Assembly (NCBI GenBank): GCA_040220235.1
Contig: JAVJTO010000172.1
From: Coleofasciculus sp. B1-GNL1-01
GTDB taxonomy: Bacteria; Cyanobacteriota; Cyanobacteriia; Cyanobacteriales; Coleofasciculaceae
Length of the DNA: 55,793 nt
Strand: one strand, 5' to 3'
Position numbers and translations under genes: made by a program. A model generated the notes under the pieces. The model ran no database searches. It saw only the letters and a program-made list of their open reading frames with translations, and was not told the origin of the DNA. Below, one piece after another: positions 51,258 through 55,793 of the stretch (position 1 is the stretch's first letter; the number at the start of each line of letters is the position of its first letter).

Positions 51258-51360
51258 AAATCTTTGTTATACGATAATAGCACTCATCGTTACTGAATAG
51301 TGGTTCGACACCGCTAAAATGATGGAATAGAATCAAGGCACTTTGTAATCGAGATTGCTA

Positions 51361-51936
51361 CTACTGAGAAATTGCCTGTCTGAAAAACCTCATTGCTTCA
51401 ACTGTAGAAGTCATTAATACACACCGAGTTAACAAGTCGATGTCTAGATCGGGTAGCACCTCAGAGGTATAAATTCGTTCGTAACCGTCCGCTCTGAGAT
51501 GATGCAAGGTAAATAGACCATCTTCCCAGAACCAGACTTCAGGTATACCCAACTCCTGATAGCGATTCAGTTTGGAGAGATTGCCACTAGTAAAGACCAC
51601 TTCGATAGACAAGTCTGGAGTTTTCTTTAACGTTCCGATGGAGTAAGACTCGTCAGCTTGTGCTGAGGCTACCCCTTCTTTCTCTTGGGTAAAGCTTCCT
51701 GTCGGGGTGAACTCAATTCCCTTTTCCTCAAAGTAGATGGCTAACAAAATCCCGATCAAGCGGCTAAAGGTTTCGTGGTCTTGAGAAACTGCCAAGATTT
51801 CTACTTCTCCTTTATAGTAGAACAGCCTTATTCCTGGTGACTCTGCAAAGCTTTGTTCTAGGAGTTTGAATTGTTGCCAACTCATTCCAGAGTGGGTAAG
51901 CCGTTGGTCTTTTTGTTTTGAGACTGTCTGTGTCAT
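51361..51936 (-). CDS. Uma2-family (DUF820) endonuclease-like protein
   Basis: MSWQQF, QADESY, PDLSIEV...K...Y..LGIPEVW. Confidence 0.9.
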   Translation of the reverse strand: MTQTVSKQKDQRLTHSGMSWQQFKLLEQSFAESPGIRLFYYKGEVEILAVSQDHETFSRLIGILLAIYFEEKGIEFTPTGSFTQEKEGVASAQADESYSIGTLKKTPDLSIEVVFTSGNLSKLNRYQELGIPEVWFWEDGLFTLHHLRADGYERIYTSEVLPDLDIDLLTRCVLMTSTVEAMRFFRQAISQ

Positions 51937-52031
51937 TCCTTCTGTTCCCCATAACTTTATCAGGTAAGTCGTTCCTCTAATCTGGCAAAGTCCTGAATTC
52001 TAAATGTTACTCCTACCTTTTTGGTCAGATT

Positions 52032-54431
52032 TCAGAAAAGCGCTGCATCAGTACGGTTAGCCTCCAAGGTAGTTTCAAAGCCCTGTTCAGGTGTCCACTG
52101 AATCGCCCCATCACGCCCAGTCCAGTACAATTCAACCTGAGCATTTTGTAACACTTTGGCGGCTTGGGGTTCAATGACGTCCGCCGATGCGATCGCCACT
52201 TTGGGTTGGAGTACGTCTACCAATCGAGGCGTGAGAGGTTCACCAGACCACCATAGCACTTGAATTTGAGGCAAATTATCCCGTTGAGCGAATTGATTTT
52301 GCTCATCGGGTGGCATATCTCCCAGGAGTAACCAGGTTTGATCCTTAATTTGAAGCTGTACGATAGGAGGTTGGGCTTTGATTAATTCGAGCGTCGTTTT
52401 TTCTCCAGAACCCGTAGCACCAACCGCTAAACGTTGTTCCGTTGACACGACTTCATAAATTCCATTTTGGGATTGAACCGCCTCTGCGATCGCCTGTGTA
52501 TCAGTGGGTAAAGGTTCGGAATGGGCTAAGTCGTAAAACCGCTTAACAGGCAAACTTTCCAATATTGGCACCCAACCACTGCGAAAACGAGGTTGTGAAT
52601 CAACCGCCACCGCCCAATCCACCTGATTAACCCCCTGCTTTTGTAAAAAAGGCAGGATAGTAAAATTCGCGGTATCGGTTTCCCCACTATTGACAAGCGT
52701 CACTTGACCCTGATCCTGAATCACTAAAACCTGTTCTTGATCAGCCGCTAAAACAGTAACTTGAAACTGTTCCAGTCTGGATTGCCAAATGGGTAGAACA
52801 ATAATAGTAAAGGCAATGACACCCGCCAATACGCCTCGCAACTGCACGCGAGAACTCATACAACTGATGCCAATTAACCCATACAGCAGCAGTAACTGCG
52901 TTAGAGAAATCGTGCCGAGGGCGACTGAACTACCAGGTAAAGCATTAAAAAATCGCACCAGTTCCAGCAAGCCTTGAAGAGGATAGTACAACAATGCCGC
53001 GATCGCGCTACCTGCTAAGGGTGAAATTAATGCGACTAAGCCACTCAGAAAACCCCCCAAGCTAATTAAGCTAATCAAAGGTGTGCCGATAATATTGGCA
53101 ACCACACTGTAGGGGGCAATCATGCCGAAAACATACAGTTGTAAGGGTAATGTCCACACCAGGGCGGCTAAGGGAACGGCGATTAAAGCAGCGATGACTG
53201 AAGGTAACCAGTCGAGGTTCTTGACTAAGGGAGGTACGGTGACTAGCAATCCCAGAGTGGCTAAAAAACTTAACTGAAAGCCTAAATCCCAAATCCACAA
53301 CGGATTGATAATCAATAAAATCGTGGCGGCGAGTAATAGAGAACCCAAGGGTTTAACTTGTCGATGAGTCAGCAGCGCCACTAATGCGCCTAATCCCATA
53401 ATGGCAGCTCGTAAAACTGACGGTTGCAAACCCGTTAAGCCAACATAAATCAGTAACGCTGTGAGTCCAATCCCAAATTGCGTTTTTGTTCCCCACCGTT
53501 TCGTTAACGCTAATACTGAACCTAAAATCAACGACACATGAAACCCAGATGCTGCCAAGACATGAGCGAATCCGGTTTGAATAAATAGGTCGCGAATATC
53601 ATAAGGTAAATCGACGGCTTTGCGTCCCAGTACAATTGAACTCAAAAGGAGACCCGTTGGACTTCCTAGCTGACGCACTTGGGCATGGATAATACGTTGG
53701 CGTAACATCCACCATCCCCATGTTGGTTCTTGATTTTCATCGGGAAAACTGACTTGTCGTCCACTTAAGCCAGCAAACGCGCCTTCCTTGGCTAAATAGG
53801 TAGCAAAATCAAAGCCGCCAGGATTGGCTGCGGGTTTTGGTTGATATAAAACACCTGTGACAGAAATAGTTTGCCCCGGAAAAAGACCCGTAGATTGTAA
53901 TAAAGGAACCGTTACATATAACTTACCTGTGACACCTCGCGTCGTTGTGCCGCGATTTTCATTACTTTCCAGTTCAGTGAGTTGGGTAGCTTCTAGCCAA
54001 AATTGCCCCTTCTGCGATCGCGTAAGTCGAGGAACAGTTTCGACTTCGCCTTGAATGGTGACAACTTGCCCTTGCGCCGAACCCTGTCCAGAAGAAACAA
54101 ATTGACTAATGTCATTGGATTCAGGTTGAGGCAATCGCAGTTGGACATAGACAAGGGCGATCATGGCAACCAGGCTAGCGGTCAACCATAATCTAGGTCG
54201 AGGTCCTGTACGCCAAATCCGAGGCAGCGCGATCGCACAAATTATGCCTATCCCGATTACACTCAGGATTAAAAGACTATACTCTTGCCAGGTAACAGTA
54301 CGAGTAGGCAAGCCGACAACGGCTGTAGACAATAGGGCAAGAATATAAGCCACACTCAGTAGGGAACCACTGGCAAGATTCATCGCATAGCTAGACCGGG
54401 TTTCCAAACCAATACGGTATGAAAGAAACAA
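52032..54431 (-). CDS. comEC: ComEC/Rec2 competence protein (likely start at 54383)
   Basis: NPGGFDF, AHVLAASGFH, PSVLRA, GFQLSFLAT; degenerate MBL-like C-terminus (WTGRDGAI). Confidence 0.92.
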   Translation of the reverse strand: MFLSYRIGLETRSSYAMNLASGSLLSVAYILALLSTAVVGLPTRTVTWQEYSLLILSVIGIGIICAIALPRIWRTGPRPRLWLTASLVAMIALVYVQLRLPQPESNDISQFVSSGQGSAQGQVVTIQGEVETVPRLTRSQKGQFWLEATQLTELESNENRGTTTRGVTGKLYVTVPLLQSTGLFPGQTISVTGVLYQPKPAANPGGFDFATYLAKEGAFAGLSGRQVSFPDENQEPTWGWWMLRQRIIHAQVRQLGSPTGLLLSSIVLGRKAVDLPYDIRDLFIQTGFAHVLAASGFHVSLILGSVLALTKRWGTKTQFGIGLTALLIYVGLTGLQPSVLRAAIMGLGALVALLTHRQVKPLGSLLLAATILLIINPLWIWDLGFQLSFLATLGLLVTVPPLVKNLDWLPSVIAALIAVPLAALVWTLPLQLYVFGMIAPYSVVANIIGTPLISLISLGGFLSGLVALISPLAGSAIAALLYYPLQGLLELVRFFNALPGSSVALGTISLTQLLLLYGLIGISCMSSRVQLRGVLAGVIAFTIIVLPIWQSRLEQFQVTVLAADQEQVLVIQDQGQVTLVNSGETDTANFTILPFLQKQGVNQVDWAVAVDSQPRFRSGWVPILESLPVKRFYDLAHSEPLPTDTQAIAEAVQSQNGIYEVVSTEQRLAVGATGSGEKTTLELIKAQPPIVQLQIKDQTWLLLGDMPPDEQNQFAQRDNLPQIQVLWWSGEPLTPRLVDVLQPKVAIASADVIEPQAAKVLQNAQVELYWTGRDGAIQWTPEQGFETTLEANRTDAALF

Positions 54432-54461
54432 AAAGCACGATGCAGGTGTTCAAGTTGCCCC

Positions 54462-55355
54462 CTAAACCGATAACTTTGGAGAGGGAGATGACGACTTGAG
54501 TGGAAATCTTAATCCTTCTCGTTGCTGTAAGTAAAGTTGTGCCACTCGTCTGGCTAGGTTGCGAATCCTGCCAATATAGCGTGTCCGTTCCGTTACCGAA
54601 ATCACACCTCTGGCATCGAGTAAATTAAATGTATGAGAACATTTGAGAACATAGTCAAGACTGGGTAAGACAAGACTTCTGTCAATAAGTTGCTTGGCTT
54701 CCTGCTCATACAAGCCAAATAGCGTTAAGAGTAAGTCGGGGTTAGAGGCTTCAAAATTATAGGTACATTGTTCAATTTCACCTTGGAGGTGGACATCGCC
54801 GTAGTTAAGCTGGTCATTCCACTGGATTTTGGTCATCGCATCGACTCCTTGTAGATACATGGAGATTCGTTCTAACCCATAGGTAATTTCGATAGAAACC
54901 GGGCGACAGTCTACGCCACCGCACTGCTGGAAGTAGGTAAATTGGGTGATCTCCATGCCATCCAACCAAACTTCCCAACCCGTTCCCCAAGCTCCGACAG
55001 TAGCATCTTCCCAGTTATCCTCGACAAAGCGAATATCATGATCTTCAGGATGAATACCTAAAGCCCGGAGGGAATCCAGATAAATTTCTTGAATCGTGTT
55101 GGGTGAGGGTTTAATCAGGACTTGATACTGGTAATAGTGTTGAAAGCGATTGGGATTTTCTCCGTAGCGTCCATCGGTTGGTCGTCGGCAGGGTTCTACA
55201 TAAGCTACTGACCAAGGTTCATTGCCAATGGATCTGAGAAACGTGTGTGGGTTCTTGGTTCCTGCTCCTTTTTCGATGTCATAAGGTTGAGCAATCAGGC
55301 AACCGCGATCGCTCCAGAACTGGTGTAACGTAGCAATTACAGACTGAAAATTCAC
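54462..55355 (-). CDS. glyQ: Glycine-tRNA ligase alpha subunit
   Basis: [34 protein letters not shown]. Confidence 0.97.
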   Translation of the reverse strand: MNFQSVIATLHQFWSDRGCLIAQPYDIEKGAGTKNPHTFLRSIGNEPWSVAYVEPCRRPTDGRYGENPNRFQHYYQYQVLIKPSPNTIQEIYLDSLRALGIHPEDHDIRFVEDNWEDATVGAWGTGWEVWLDGMEITQFTYFQQCGGVDCRPVSIEITYGLERISMYLQGVDAMTKIQWNDQLNYGDVHLQGEIEQCTYNFEASNPDLLLTLFGLYEQEAKQLIDRSLVLPSLDYVLKCSHTFNLLDARGVISVTERTRYIGRIRNLARRVAQLYLQQREGLRFPLKSSSPSPKLSV

Positions 55356-55656
55356 ACGACCTCCACAGTTTGGTCAAAATCTATCACTACATTTTGGCAT
55401 CTTGCTTGATTGTCCCGGCTGGACACCTGTGTTCGGGCATTAAGCGAGGGCGGGGGAGTTGAATGTGTTCGTCTGAGGGTAGGCAGGTGATTGGCTACTT
55501 GAGTGTAACAGGATAGTGCGATCGACATAGTGCTTGAGTGGTCTTCTGGAAGGAGTTCTCTACGTAAAAAGGAGTAGAGCTAATTTTTTTTAGTCCCCTA
55601 AACCCTTGCTCCTACTTGATTTCAGCCTCCCCTCAAAAAAAAATATCTCAAGAAGG

Positions 55657-55793
55657 TTGACAACTCCTGAAAGAGGCACTACATTGGTAAATGCGCTTGA
55701 AACGGAGTTCACTCCACACTCAAGCGTCCGAACCAAGACAAATCAATAGTTTGAAAGCCAAGTATACAAAACTCCTTGTCAAAAAACTTCGAG
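55657..55793 (+). promoter_or_regulatory. Probable rRNA operon promoter and leader
   Basis: TTGACA (55657-55662)-N17-TACATT (55680-55685); CGCTTGA...TCAAGCG BoxB-like hairpin; GAACCAAGACAA BoxA-like; ATAGTTTGAAAG. The 16S gene itself is not in the window. Confidence 0.7.

Noticed and set aside
51130..51336. 68-aa ORF, and tRNA-Ser as an integration site
   Set aside because: The ORF overlaps the tRNA. No duplicated tRNA 3' end or integrase was seen.

Overview
The window comes from a filamentous cyanobacterium: HIP1 octamers (GCGATCGC) are frequent, heptamer STRR arrays and MITEs are common, and ndhA/I/G/E and a Ycf66-domain gene are present. A Coleofasciculus/Oscillatoriales-like source is an inference only. 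The window probably spans a whole contig, since it starts inside an ISAs1-like transposase and ends in an rRNA-operon promoter/leader. In order it contains: two tandem paralogous secreted FHA/TPS-domain + CHAT (caspase-like) proteins; small conserved genes; a MASE1-GAF histidine kinase; and a 4-kb nested mobile-element cluster. In that cluster a tnpB remnant is split by a 3019-bp ISKra4-type element (65-bp TIRs, 8-bp TSD), which itself carries an IS1182 remnant. Next comes a partial contractile injection system (CIS) cluster (tube initiator, VgrG, PAAR, gp25, baseplate), preceded by two small membrane-protein paralogues with NtcA-like boxes. A divergent operon follows: a DXCF-type cyanobacteriochrome hybrid kinase, a REC-GGDEF protein and a REC-PAS adenylate cyclase. 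The rest is HNH, a DHH phosphoesterase, a VapBC-like pair, sixA-gltA, ndhAIGE, WD40 proteins split by yefM-yoeB, an AcnA-type aconitase, tRNA-Ser(CGA), Uma2, comEC and glyQ. All family calls come from motif recognition by eye; no searches were run.
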